From contig NZ_JBALEO010000077.1 of NCBI RefSeq assembly GCF_036918015.1, positions 64,126-128,125 of the forward strand: a stretch of DNA of 64,000 bases, read 5' to 3'. Positions within the stretch are counted from its first letter, which is position 1; each line of letters starts with the position of its first letter. Positions 9,541 to 19,602 of the stretch are shown piece by piece. Both the position numbers and the translations under genes were made by a program. The notes below the pieces were generated by a model. That model worked only from the letters and a program-made list of their open reading frames with translations, was not told the origin of the DNA and searched no databases. Origin of the DNA: Nostoc sp. (GTDB lineage Bacteria > Cyanobacteriota > Cyanobacteriia > Cyanobacteriales > Nostocaceae).

Positions 9541-9696
9541 GCACTGATTGCTCATGCCTATACTCGCTACATGGGAGATTTATCAGGTTTACTACTGTTC
9601 ACGCAGTAGCATTGCTGGCTCCTTGGTTTTCTCCTGGGGTGCATTGGGTATAGCTATGTTTCTACCTGGCTATTTGGCAGCATCGCAGTTTGTTTA
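9541..9696 (+). pseudogene. Fused remnant of heme oxygenase and acyl-lipid (delta-9) desaturase genes
   Basis: 9541-9588 reads ALIAHAYTRYMGDLSG (heme oxygenase signature); 9591-9696 reads TTVHAVALLAPWF-SWGALGIAMFL-WLFGSIAVCL with two frameshifts (desaturase first TM region). Confidence 0.7.
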
Positions 9697-9835
9697 CTGG
9701 ACTAAATAAAATTAATTAATACGTATCTATCTTAGGTTATAGTTTATCTAGCTTATAAAGATTGATAGTTGATGGTTTTGAACAGCATGATAACTATACT
9801 CATACTGGCCATGTTTTACAAAAAAATAAATCTAT

Positions 9836-11410
9836 ATGCATAGACGAGCGCCCTTATATTATTTCTTTTTAGGAGTATTAACGAGTTCTAGCTGTTTGGT
9901 CTTCAGTGTAGCAGCCCAAGTCCCATCTAATTCGCAGCAGTCCTCGACTCGGAATGAAGCTGAAACTGCTAGTTGGTTTGAAGCCCATCGCACACAGCCA
10001 GCGGCTTTACGAGCATTTGTACAGCGAATGCCGAAGGGTGGAGATATCCACAGTCATCTAAGCGGGGCTGTGTACGCAGAAAAATATCTGGAGTGGGCTG
10101 CCACCGATGGGTATTGTGTGAATCCAAAAGCGGGGGCTTTAGTTGAACCTAAGGCTTGCGGTCAGGACAGTAGCTATTTTCCAGCCTCAGAATTGTTAAA
10201 CCGAACATCTGTTTATGATTCCCTAATAAATCGTTGGTCTACTCGTAACCTCCAATTTGCTGGAAAATCAGGACACGACCAATTTTTTGAAGCTTTTAGT
10301 GGTTTTGGGCCAATATCAGACTCTATGAGCCGTCGGGATGATATGGTCGCGTCAGTAGCAAATCGGGCAGCTTCGCAGCATATTACCTATCTAGAGTTAA
10401 TGCTTACCGTTCAAGGCAGTGAGGTTCGACAGCTAGGGCGTGAAGTTGGTTGGAATAAAGATTTGCAAGAGATGCACCGTCAATTGCTCAAACGAGGATT
10501 AACCAAGCTAGTGACACTCGGCAACCAGCAATTTGCACAGTTGGAGCGCGAAGTCTCGAAAACACTCGGTTGCGGCACTCCATCGGCACAGCCTGGATGT
10601 GCAGTGACGGTGCGCTATTTGCAGCAAACGACAAGAACAAAGTCGCCCGTTGAAGTGTTTGCTCAGTTAGCTTATGCCTTTGCACTAGATTCATCAGATT
10701 CGCGGGTAGTTGGCATCAATCTTGTCGCCCCAGAAGACAACCCGATTGCACTGCGCGACTACACCCTGCAAATGCAAATGCTGCAATTTTTCAAACGCCA
10801 ATATCCCAATGTCAAGGTCGCGCTCCATGCCGGAGAGTTAACTCTGGGGTTGGTGACCACAGAGGATTTACGTTTTCATATTCGGCAAGCTGTAGAAGTG
10901 GCACAGGCATCTCACATCGGACATGGTGTGGATATTCTTTTTGAGGAGCGTCCCTTCGAGTTGATGGAGCAAATGCGGCGACGTGGCGTGTTAGTCGAAA
11001 TCTGCCTGACCAGTAATGAAGTCATTTTGAATGTCCAGGGAGATCAGCATCCTTTTAGGGAGTATTGGAAGGCTGGAGTACCAATGACCCTTGCTTCTGA
11101 TGATGAAGGCATTTCCCGCATCGATTTGAGTAATGAGTATTTGTTAGCAGCAACGAGATATGGGCTGGGATATAAAGACCTCAAGCGACTGGCTCGCAAT
11201 GGCTTAGAATATAGTTTCGCTCCGGGAAATAGTCTCTGGAAGTCGTCTGAGTTTAAGGCAATGGTTCCAGCTTGTGCAAGCGATACCCCTGGTGAAACCT
11301 CTGTTTCTCAAGGGTGCAGTGCCTTTTTGAACAAAAGCGATCGCGCCCGGATTCAATGGCAGCTAGAGTCAGAATTTGCTCGGTTTGAGTCATTGCAGAA
11401 CTGGCTTTGA
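9836..11410 (+). CDS. Adenosine deaminase-family protein with signal peptide
   Basis: MPKGGDIHSHLSG, ALHAGE, HIGHG, LASDDEG metal ligands; N-terminal hydrophobic signal ending VAA-Q. Confidence 0.85.
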   Translation: MHRRAPLYYFFLGVLTSSSCLVFSVAAQVPSNSQQSSTRNEAETASWFEAHRTQPAALRAFVQRMPKGGDIHSHLSGAVYAEKYLEWAATDGYCVNPKAGALVEPKACGQDSSYFPASELLNRTSVYDSLINRWSTRNLQFAGKSGHDQFFEAFSGFGPISDSMSRRDDMVASVANRAASQHITYLELMLTVQGSEVRQLGREVGWNKDLQEMHRQLLKRGLTKLVTLGNQQFAQLEREVSKTLGCGTPSAQPGCAVTVRYLQQTTRTKSPVEVFAQLAYAFALDSSDSRVVGINLVAPEDNPIALRDYTLQMQMLQFFKRQYPNVKVALHAGELTLGLVTTEDLRFHIRQAVEVAQASHIGHGVDILFEERPFELMEQMRRRGVLVEICLTSNEVILNVQGDQHPFREYWKAGVPMTLASDDEGISRIDLSNEYLLAATRYGLGYKDLKRLARNGLEYSFAPGNSLWKSSEFKAMVPACASDTPGETSVSQGCSAFLNKSDRARIQWQLESEFARFESLQNWL

Positions 11411-11461
11411 TTGACTTTCACGAAAAATGTAGAGCAACGAATTATTTGACCACAGGGACAC

Positions 11462-11609
11462 ATATCATGTCCACATAATTTAGTTATGCTAACCACTGTC
11501 ATTACACCCCACCCCCAACCTCTCCCCGCTTGCGGGGAGGGGAGACAAAGCGTAGCTTTGGCGGGGTGGGGTTCTGCGGGTTTAATAAGCAATCAAGCGG
11601 ATATGATAT
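11462..11609. mobile_element. MITE-like element, ATATCATGTCC-end family (copy 1)
   Basis: Ends atatcatgtcc / ggatatgatat; internal hairpin ctctccccgcttgcggggaggggag and ctttggcggggtggggtt shared with 30814..30950. Confidence 0.7.
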
Positions 11610-11649
11610 TAGAAGTCAAGTTTTTCATACCTGCAAGCTTTACTGCAAA

Positions 11650-11698
11650 CAATACCTTTGCCAAAATTTTTCTAGGCTCTTATTTTGGCAAAGGTATT
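11650..11698. terminator. Inverted repeat, possible terminator
   Basis: aatacctttgccaaaa...ttttggcaaaggtatt 16 bp perfect arms between convergent genes. Confidence 0.45.
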
Positions 11699-11915
11699 GG
11701 TTGAGTAACAGTTATTAGCCCATACTGCCAAAGAACCATAGGCAACAAACTTGGAGTTTGCTCAACCTAACATAAAGCCAAGCTAATAGTAGCAGCAGGA
11801 ATTGCCGACTACTCTAGTAAAAAGTTAATTAATTTCGTGTATTTTCTAGATTCCATAATAAAAATACGCAAAAAATTTGAGGAACTTGTGAGGAAGCGCA
11901 AGATTATCTCTTCAA

Positions 11916-12107
11916 TCAAACATCAACATTTATCTGTTCTATCTGTCTAGCGGCTTTATCCCAAAGCTTTGCTGAAGTCTCATCTTGCCAATGAGTTCTC
12001 AGATTTTCCGCTTTTTTATGACATATTCGCTCTAACATTTCTAATATTGCGGATAATGTCAATTTATTAATTAATGATTCTAAAATCTCCATATATTCTT
12101 TTTGCAT
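11916..12107 (-). CDS. Small hypothetical protein
   Basis: 63 aa helical ORF (CHKKAENLRTHWQDETSAKLWDKAA) in an otherwise empty intergenic region. Confidence 0.65.
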   Translation of the reverse strand: MQKEYMEILESLINKLTLSAILEMLERICHKKAENLRTHWQDETSAKLWDKAARQIEQINVDV

Positions 12108-12271
12108 GATACTTACCTCCTTAAGGTCAACTGATATATGCTGACAAAACTAATGTGCCCTCAAACTATAAATATAAATTAAGATTTGTTGCAGAGCGTG
12201 ACTAATATTTTGCCAGTTTATACACGCAGTTTAGCCTATTTTGAAGACTCAATTTTGGGAATTTATTTGTA

Positions 12272-12528
12272 ATACCAATTCAATTAATGATTGCAACACA
12301 TCCTTGGGTAAAGACGCGATGAATCGCGTCTCTACAAATGGTCTATTTGTCGCATTCTTTTTTCCAATTGGTATAACATATAGGACTCATATTTGATTTT
12401 TGAAATATACGTAGGGTGCGTTATGCCTCTGGCTAACGCACCAAAGCCTTCGGATGGTGCGTTACGCTACGCGATAACACACCCTACGCATACTTAGATT
12501 TTTTCATAAATCAAATCGGATTCCTATA
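12272..12528. mobile_element. Two adjacent MITE/REP-like elements
   Basis: 12272-12374: ends ataccaatt/aattggtat with internal agacgcgatgaatcgcgtctctac. About 12378-12528: ends tataggactcatatttga/tcaaatcggattcctata with GTAGGGTGCGTT...ACACCCTAC REP-like palindromes. Confidence 0.7.
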
Positions 12529-12771
12529 GAAAAAAACTGTTTAGTTCAAATATTTCCTGACAAGTTCCTCAAGTGTTTTATCTAAATTAAAAATAGGGTT
12601 GGATAACTAAAAAGTATGAATTGTAATGCGATGGGCTATATTCTACCGGAGGCGATCGCTAGCCGCGCCAGCCCGGATGCCTAGCCAATTGACTATATTC
12701 TCACGCAAAAAAACAAAGACGCAAAATTATATTTTGCGTCTTTGCTTTTTTATCAGAAATCATTCTCAGAT

Positions 12772-13410
12772 TTACTTGTTAGGCTGAGGAGTCATCCGCA
12801 GATAAGGTTTGATTTCCTCATAACCTTTGGGGAATTTCTGTTTTAGTACTTCTGGATCTTTCAGCGAGGGGACAATTACAACATCGTCTCCATCTTTCCA
12901 GTCAGCTGGTGTCGCCACGCTGTAATTATCAGTCAATTGCAGAGAATCAATCACCCGCAAAAGTTCGTCAAAATTGCGTCCTGTGCTGGGAGGATAGGTG
13001 AAAGAGAGACGGAGTTTCTTGTTGGGGTCTATTACAAAAACCGATCGCACTGTCACAGATGCATTAGCATTAGGGTGGATCATGTCGTAAAGCTCAGAAA
13101 CCTTGCGATCGGCATCCGCCAAAATTGGGTAGTTAAGAGTGGTGCTTTGAGTTTCTTCAATGTCTCCCACCCAGCCTTTGTGGGATTCTACGTCATCAAC
13201 GCTGAGTGCGATCGCTTTGACATTGCGTTTGTCAAATTCTGGTTTGAGCTTGGCAACTGTGCCAAGTTCTGTTGTACAAACAGGTGTAAAATCAGCAGGG
13301 TGAGAGAACAGCACAACCCAGCTGTCACCTGCCCATTGGTAAAAATCGATGTCGCCGTGTGTTGAGGCTTGCGTAAAGTTGGGTACTGTGTCACCTAGAC
13401 GGAGAGCCAT
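12772..13410 (-). CDS. 1-Cys peroxiredoxin (Prx6 family)
   Basis: FSHPADFTPVCTTE, YPPSTGRNFDELLRVIDSLQL, ATPADW. Confidence 0.95.
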   Translation of the reverse strand: MALRLGDTVPNFTQASTHGDIDFYQWAGDSWVVLFSHPADFTPVCTTELGTVAKLKPEFDKRNVKAIALSVDDVESHKGWVGDIEETQSTTLNYPILADADRKVSELYDMIHPNANASVTVRSVFVIDPNKKLRLSFTYPPSTGRNFDELLRVIDSLQLTDNYSVATPADWKDGDDVVIVPSLKDPEVLKQKFPKGYEEIKPYLRMTPQPNK

Positions 13411-13724
13411 GAGAGATTCCCTGTAGTTAGAAAAGCATATATATTCTAGTATGCTATCATCCCATAAAACCCCTATTCCCCAATCGGGCTTTAGCGGTTT
13501 GAAACAAAATTTTAGGTTGTCAGCGCCCTCAGATAAAGGACGCTTTTCAAAACCTTATATGTTAATTGGGATTGGTTTTGTGATTGCGGATATTGTTGTC
13601 AAAGCAGTTCTAGCGCCTATTTGGCAAAAACTGCTGTTATCTGCGTTGGGTTAAAAGAGAAGTCAGAATTCAAAAATTCAATTCTGAATTCTGACTCCTG
13701 ACTCCTGAATTCTTTTTATGAAAT

Positions 13725-14915
13725 TCATTTGTTTGCCAGAATTTTTTGGTAGGCTTGGATTGTTTGCTTTGCGATCGCATCCCAGCTAAAATTTTCCAAG
13801 GCATATTTTTGTGCGTTTAATCCCCGTCGTTGGCGTTCTGCGGGATTTTCCAAAGCCTCTTGTAGTAACTCTACCAATGCTTGGACATCTGTTGCACCTA
13901 CCCAACCCGACTCGCTATCACGTATTTGTTGACAAATATGCACTTGGTCAGAAATGACTACGGGTACACCTGCAACCATCGCTTCAGCTACAGCAATCCC
14001 AAAATTTTCGTAGTAGGAAGGTAAGACGAATAAATCAGCAGCTTGTAGTAAACTAACTTTGAGTTCACCACTGACAAAGCCAGTGATTGTAGTGTGCGAT
14101 CGCAATGGTGAATTTTGAATTTGGGATATTATCTTTTGTTCGTAATCTGGATCTTGAGGATTTGTCCCAGCTAAGACAAAATGAAACTTATAACCAACCG
14201 CTAACAGCTTCTCTAGCGCCGGAATCAACAAATTCAACCCCTTTTTCGGGTCAATTCGTGACATAAACAGCACTAACGGTACATCTTTTGGTATTTCTAA
14301 CTGACTACATACATTTTTAATAGAAGATTGACGGGGAATCACACCCAAGGGAATCACCAAATCTGGCGTAGATACTCCAAATCGTTCTGATATTTTAGCT
14401 TCTTGGTCGCTAGTAAAATGAATTGCTGCGGCACTAGCTAAATTTTGACGTTCTATAATTGCGACATAAAGCTGTTTTAATTGCTTTTTCTTCTGTAAAT
14501 CAGCCGGATCGAGAGTACCCAAAGGACGGAAAATATAAGGTAGCTTTTGCTGACGACACACAAGAGCAGCAGCACTAATTATTGGCGAGAATAGAGCGTG
14601 AATATGTGCTATGTCAAACTCGTGAGCATGACGTTTTAACCAGTTTAATAAATCTAGGGAAAATTTGTAGCGACGAAACGGCGCGCAACGAAAATAAATT
14701 ATTTCATAGCCATCTTGTTTAATTGGGCGATTTAAAGGAACATCCAGAGGTGTTTGACCATTATCGCCATTACTATCAGTTGTGAGAATCGTAACTTCTA
14801 CTCCCTCTTTTACTAACGCTGGAGCTAATCCAAGTACCATTTGACTAGGCCCACCGTAAATTAGAGAAATTGAGGGAACAATTTGTAACACTTTCATTTT
14901 TTTGTCATTTGTCAT
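13725..14915 (-). CDS. hpsP: GT4 glycosyltransferase, hormogonium polysaccharide HpsP-like
   Basis: GT-B motifs YGGPS, FMSRIDPKKG, PSYYENFGIAVAEAM; last gene of an hpsL-N-O-P-like order; symbol from recall of family and synteny. Confidence 0.65.
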   Translation of the reverse strand: MTNDKKMKVLQIVPSISLIYGGPSQMVLGLAPALVKEGVEVTILTTDSNGDNGQTPLDVPLNRPIKQDGYEIIYFRCAPFRRYKFSLDLLNWLKRHAHEFDIAHIHALFSPIISAAALVCRQQKLPYIFRPLGTLDPADLQKKKQLKQLYVAIIERQNLASAAAIHFTSDQEAKISERFGVSTPDLVIPLGVIPRQSSIKNVCSQLEIPKDVPLVLFMSRIDPKKGLNLLIPALEKLLAVGYKFHFVLAGTNPQDPDYEQKIISQIQNSPLRSHTTITGFVSGELKVSLLQAADLFVLPSYYENFGIAVAEAMVAGVPVVISDQVHICQQIRDSESGWVGATDVQALVELLQEALENPAERQRRGLNAQKYALENFSWDAIAKQTIQAYQKILANK

Positions 14916-14967
14916 TTTTATTTTATCCTTCGTCCTTCGTCATTTATTATTTACTAATGACCAATGA

Positions 14968-16149
14968 CTAATAACTAATGACCAACTCTTTATAAAACTC
15001 CAATTGCTGTTTAGCCAAAGCTTTATTTGTATATTGAATCATTGCTTTTTGATAACCCATTTCACCGAGAGTATGAGCAAAATCTGGTTTATCCATTAAT
15101 TGAACTAAGCAATTAGCAAGAGCTTGAACATCACCTTCAGGAAATACTAAGCCAGCATCACCAATTACGTAGGGAATTTCCCCAGAATCAGAACCAATCA
15201 CAGGAACTTGGCAAGCCATTGCTTCAATTAGCACATGACCAAATTGCTCTTTCCAACCAGCAGAAGTTAAGGTTTTAAACTTGTAAGTTGTTTCTGAAGG
15301 TAATACTAAAGTACTCATTAAATTGATATAGCTTGCAACCTCATCATGGGGAACACTTTCTATCAAAATTAATCGTTCTTTAATATTGTTTTCTGCCGCA
15401 ATTTTCATTAATTCACTTTGTAACTCTCCTCGTCCCAATAATAGTAATTTCCAAGGTTTATTTTTCAAAGTCGCTAAAGCTTGCAAAAGCGTTAACAACC
15501 CCTTTTCCTGCACAAAGCGCCCTACAAAACCTACTACAAAATCCTCTTTTTCAATGCCCAACTTAGCTGCTAACTCTGGTTGAGCTTTGGGAGTAAATAA
15601 ACTTTCATCTACACCCAGTTGTGGCATGACTTTAATTGCACCTGTATATCCCCGTTGCCGCAAAACCTCTGCTCCATCCTGATTGCCAGAAATAATGCCG
15701 TGGCTGTGGTTGAGGTTATATTTTTCTAATAAAGAAATTGGTAGTTTCAGTTCATAAGGAAGATTCCACCAGGTAAAAAATAAATTTTTTGCCTTGAGTC
15801 CTAATAGCTGATTTAAGGCAATCATTTGAGTATAAGCCAAGGCTCTAGAACCTTGTTCAACTTGGATGATTTCGGGGCGAAATTGTTTTAATAAAGATAT
15901 CAAATCAGCGCCAAATGTCAGAAGTCCCTGATGATTTTGACTAAAATTAGAAACTGGAACTATTCTAAATCTGCCTTCATCACGGTATTCAGTTTCAATA
16001 ATTCTGTTTTGTACACCGCCTGGTTTCCAGCGCTTTGGGACTACAACTGTAACTTCAATGTTAGGTTCTAGTTGAGATAAAGCGCGTAATTTCTCACAGT
16101 TGAGGTCTACGATATAAGTGTGACTAGCAACTAAGATTTTCATTGTCAT
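14968..16149 (-). CDS. hpsO: GT4 glycosyltransferase, HpsO-like
   Basis: MKILVASHTYIV, VGRFVQEKG, WKEQFGHVLIEAMAC; synteny. Confidence 0.65.
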   Translation of the reverse strand: MTMKILVASHTYIVDLNCEKLRALSQLEPNIEVTVVVPKRWKPGGVQNRIIETEYRDEGRFRIVPVSNFSQNHQGLLTFGADLISLLKQFRPEIIQVEQGSRALAYTQMIALNQLLGLKAKNLFFTWWNLPYELKLPISLLEKYNLNHSHGIISGNQDGAEVLRQRGYTGAIKVMPQLGVDESLFTPKAQPELAAKLGIEKEDFVVGFVGRFVQEKGLLTLLQALATLKNKPWKLLLLGRGELQSELMKIAAENNIKERLILIESVPHDEVASYINLMSTLVLPSETTYKFKTLTSAGWKEQFGHVLIEAMACQVPVIGSDSGEIPYVIGDAGLVFPEGDVQALANCLVQLMDKPDFAHTLGEMGYQKAMIQYTNKALAKQQLEFYKELVISY

Positions 16150-16219
16150 TTGTCATTTGTCATTTGTCATTTGTCCTTCACTAATTCCTAACTCTTAACT
16201 CCTAACTCTTAACTCTTAA

Positions 16220-17200
16220 CTAAACTTGTTTATCCAATCGACTGTAAATTTGACCATCATTCCATAGTGATTGGATGACAGTACCCAAGGCTTTGAAAAA
16301 ACCCAAAATGTAGAAAATACCGCGAGTGGCAATTTTGATGGGGGAACCACTTTTATGGCAAGGTGGTCGTCCCAGAACGTGACAGTCAAATAAACGACCA
16401 TATAAACGCAAAGCTTGAGTCACAGTCAGGTTTTTCAGCCCTAGTAGGAAATGGTTGTGATAAAAGGTGAGTTGATATTTTAGCGATCGCATACTAATAT
16501 CATGACAACCCCCTGTTTCTTCGCCTAAATGCACCAAATGGGCTTCTGGGTCGTACCAAATCTTATATCCCGTCTGTCTCACCCGCAAACAAAAATCTGA
16601 CTCTTCACGTACTGCACTCCCGCCAAACCTCTCATCAAACCTCAATCCATACTTAGTAAAGATTTCGCGGCGAAATGACATATTACAGCCCCTCGCTGTC
16701 AGCACTTGTTGGGGTTTAATGGTATGTACTAAATCAATATGATACCAAGCAATTCCTGGGTCCATAGCTTCGGGAGGCAGATATTCAATCTGTAAATCTC
16801 CTCCAGAATCACCTAATTTCATTCTGTCAAAGACCCGACCTGCTACAGCCCCCACCTCTGGGTTTTGCACATAATTTTTCGCATGGGCTGCTAACAATCC
16901 AGGGGTTAACTGAACATCGTCATCAATAAACAATATTATTTCACCAGATGACCGCCGGACAGCATAATTCCGCGCCCCTGGCAAACTTGCCCAATCTAAG
17001 CGCAACCATTTAATTTTACCTGCATCCGCCATCTCTTCTAGATAGGCTTGAATTTCTGGTTGGTGTTTTGCGGTTTGGTCAACAACTAAAACTTCAAAAT
17101 TTGGATAGTCCTGTTTTAAGACATCCACAATGCTATCGCGTAACGCTTCCTCTCGTCCGTAGGTCGGGATAACTACAGTAACTAATGGACAATTATTCAT
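16220..17200 (-). CDS. hpsN: GT2 glycosyltransferase, HpsN-like
   Basis: VVIPTYGRE, ILFIDDD, GCNMSFRR, FDERFGGSAVREESD; synteny. Confidence 0.65.
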   Translation of the reverse strand: MNNCPLVTVVIPTYGREEALRDSIVDVLKQDYPNFEVLVVDQTAKHQPEIQAYLEEMADAGKIKWLRLDWASLPGARNYAVRRSSGEIILFIDDDVQLTPGLLAAHAKNYVQNPEVGAVAGRVFDRMKLGDSGGDLQIEYLPPEAMDPGIAWYHIDLVHTIKPQQVLTARGCNMSFRREIFTKYGLRFDERFGGSAVREESDFCLRVRQTGYKIWYDPEAHLVHLGEETGGCHDISMRSLKYQLTFYHNHFLLGLKNLTVTQALRLYGRLFDCHVLGRPPCHKSGSPIKIATRGIFYILGFFKALGTVIQSLWNDGQIYSRLDKQV

Positions 17201-17470
17201 AACTTTTATTAAGTAATTTTACTACTTCTATAATAGCCTTCTAGAAATTAATTTTCATGAAATTCAGTAAGTGGCTATTGCTTTAATTTACATACTGTAT
17301 TTTCACGGATTCTGAAAAATCTCGCTTCCATGCCTCTCTCTGACTACGAAATTGCTTACCCATCAATAAGTATCATCGAAAAATAAGTTTATGGCGAGAA
17401 TTTAGAGGTAGGTTTTCAATACTGAGGTCTGTTTGATCTCCAATTATATTTTTGGCCATTTTTATTTCAT

Positions 17471-19165
17471 TTAAATTGTTTTTAGACGTTTTTTCTTGTT
17501 TTTTTGCTGAGGGTTGGCATCTTCCTTATCTTGTTTCTCCAGTTCTGGCAACTTAAAAAGAACTCCCGCAAAAAACCAATAATAGGCCGCAACAGGATCG
17601 ACATCTAGAGGATAGTAATAAGTGTTGGTGCTAATAAACAATATAAACACCCACAAAGCTGCTCCAGAACTACGGAAATTACGGTTCTTTATGGAGCGAT
17701 AGGTTTTAAAGCCCAGAATTGTTAAAGTTGTTACCAAACCCAGAAACGCTAGTAATCCAATAATTCCCACTTCATAAAGTACTTTGGGATAGTAAGTTTC
17801 CACAAGCTTAGTTTGACCCATCACACGGGCAGAGTTGGTTGCTCGTCCTAAGCCGCTTCCTAATGGCCCGTCTACGTTTTTCCAATTTTCTTCAAATTGC
17901 TGGATGATAAAATCTTGAGGTGGTGAAGCGTTCCAACGACTGACAAAACTCTCAGTTCTCTCTTGTACGACAACAGGGTTAGTCACCATCGCAATTCCCA
18001 GAATGAAGGCAAGTCCTACGCCTATGGGGATAAATCGTTTCAGGTTGCCAAGTTGTCCGGTAAGCAATAGCAAAATCCCAAAGCAGATTGGTACTAAGGC
18101 TAAGGCGATTCTCTGTCCAGAGATGACAGCATTGATAAAGACTCCCACTATAGAACCTAAACCGATGATCCGCCATATTGGCGAAGGATCGGTGAAGCCT
18201 GTGGCAAAGGTAAAAAAGATGCTAGAAATTAAGAACCAAGCCCACTGCCAAGGAGCTACAAATGTCCCTGGTAGGCGAATAATCCCTTCTTCGGGACTAT
18301 ATACTAGCGCTCCACCAAAATAACATCGGGCTTCGAGTGTTGCTCTAAATAAGGCATCTCCTTCAAGACCTCTAGTACCTTGACAGACACCAGTTAGTAG
18401 TAAAAAATATTGAATAAATCCTAGCGCGCAGCAAATCAGTGTAAGGACAATCTGGAGGCGCAATAAAAATAGAAAATCCCGCTTATCGCGAATTAAATAG
18501 TAGGCACAACCAATCAGGGGGACATACCCTAAAAATACTTTTAGTCCTAGAATTCCCATACCTAATGGTACTTCTGGGGCTGCTTTTTCTAATAGTCCTG
18601 CACTAGGCGGGTTAAATTGCTGTCCACCATTGACAAACAACAGTGTTAGCAGACTGCAAGCCAAAACAATATAAAGTGGGATTGTAATACCTTTGGGAAT
18701 AATTATAGGTAGCCCCTGTTTACGGCAAGTCTGCCAAAGTCCAATTAGGGCTGGAACGTAAAAGGCATCTTTAGCTAATTGGAGTATGGGACTATTGCCT
18801 AAGTAGTAGGTGACAGTACCTCCCACAGGTATGTAAATAATGAACGCATATAGGGCTTGGCGCGGATATTTGTAGGAAAGGGACATGACTATTATCCCTA
18901 ACACGCCAGGGACTGCTGCTTTAATTCCAGCTACGAAAAAAAGTAGAATGCCAACGAAGACACCGCCAAAAATGGCGGTGGTGAGTAAGCTAGTGAGTTC
19001 TTTACGTACTTGGGCAGATTTGCGCTTTTGGGCTAACTGTTCTTTAAGGCTAAGGGTAGAAGTTTCCTTTTTAGCCTGCTTTTTCGATTTTTTAGATTGC
19101 TGAGATTTTGGTTTAAATTTTGGCATAGTGGCACTGTAGCCTATCAGCCTCGCAAAATACTCCAT
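17471..19165 (-). CDS. hpsL: Multi-TM O-antigen ligase/polymerase-like protein, HpsL-like (probable start 19126, MPKFK)
   Basis: About 12 TM helices, Lys-rich N-terminus, RLPGTFVAPWQWAWF, GSGLGRATNSAR, LYEVG; upstream of three GTs. Confidence 0.65.
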   Translation of the reverse strand: MEYFARLIGYSATMPKFKPKSQQSKKSKKQAKKETSTLSLKEQLAQKRKSAQVRKELTSLLTTAIFGGVFVGILLFFVAGIKAAVPGVLGIIVMSLSYKYPRQALYAFIIYIPVGGTVTYYLGNSPILQLAKDAFYVPALIGLWQTCRKQGLPIIIPKGITIPLYIVLACSLLTLLFVNGGQQFNPPSAGLLEKAAPEVPLGMGILGLKVFLGYVPLIGCAYYLIRDKRDFLFLLRLQIVLTLICCALGFIQYFLLLTGVCQGTRGLEGDALFRATLEARCYFGGALVYSPEEGIIRLPGTFVAPWQWAWFLISSIFFTFATGFTDPSPIWRIIGLGSIVGVFINAVISGQRIALALVPICFGILLLLTGQLGNLKRFIPIGVGLAFILGIAMVTNPVVVQERTESFVSRWNASPPQDFIIQQFEENWKNVDGPLGSGLGRATNSARVMGQTKLVETYYPKVLYEVGIIGLLAFLGLVTTLTILGFKTYRSIKNRNFRSSGAALWVFILFISTNTYYYPLDVDPVAAYYWFFAGVLFKLPELEKQDKEDANPQQKNKKKRLKTI

Positions 19166-19167
19166 TA

Positions 19168-19514
19168 TATAGGACTAATATTTGATTTTAAAATACACGT
19201 AGGGTGTCAGTGCGTTGCGGAGGTTCCCGACGCTTGAGTACTTGCTCTCAGGGTTGGCGCAGCCTAAGAAGAGAAGTCATACCGTTGGTGTACCCTTACA
19301 GTGAAGCAAGCTACGCGTAGCGTCTCACTTTAGGAGAAGAGAAGGCTTTACGTTGTAGTAACTGGCGTTGTGTTAGCGCAGAAACTACTGACGTGTCAAG
19401 ACTAAATTTGTGCATTAGCAAACTCTTGTGGGATGGGCTTCTAGTCCGTCCTAATTGGCGGGCAAGATGCCTGCCCCACAAGAAAATTTATTGCAACATT
19501 TTAGTCTTGACACG
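19168..19514. mobile_element. Composite of nested MITE/REP/small repeats
   Basis: Starts tataggactaatatttgatt (same family as 12378); contains gaagcaagctacgcgtagcgtc; ends with an element with 15 bp perfect TIR cgtgtcaagactaaa (19392-19406) / tttagtcttgacacg (19500-19514). Confidence 0.7.
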
Positions 19515-19602
19515 CCACTACAGCACAATTTCAAGCTTTTGGTGCGTTACACTCCGCTAACACACCATATAAGACCATTTATAAGATTTTTTCAAAAACA
19601 AT

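Noticed and set aside
11353-11718. Three overlapping short ORFs
   Set aside because: They read through a MITE and a hairpin; no protein motifs
11705-11815. Possible degraded membrane-protein fragment on the minus strand (SAIPAATISLALC*VEQTPSLLPMVLWQYG)
   Set aside because: Hydrophobic and coding-like, but I could not assign a family; needs tblastx
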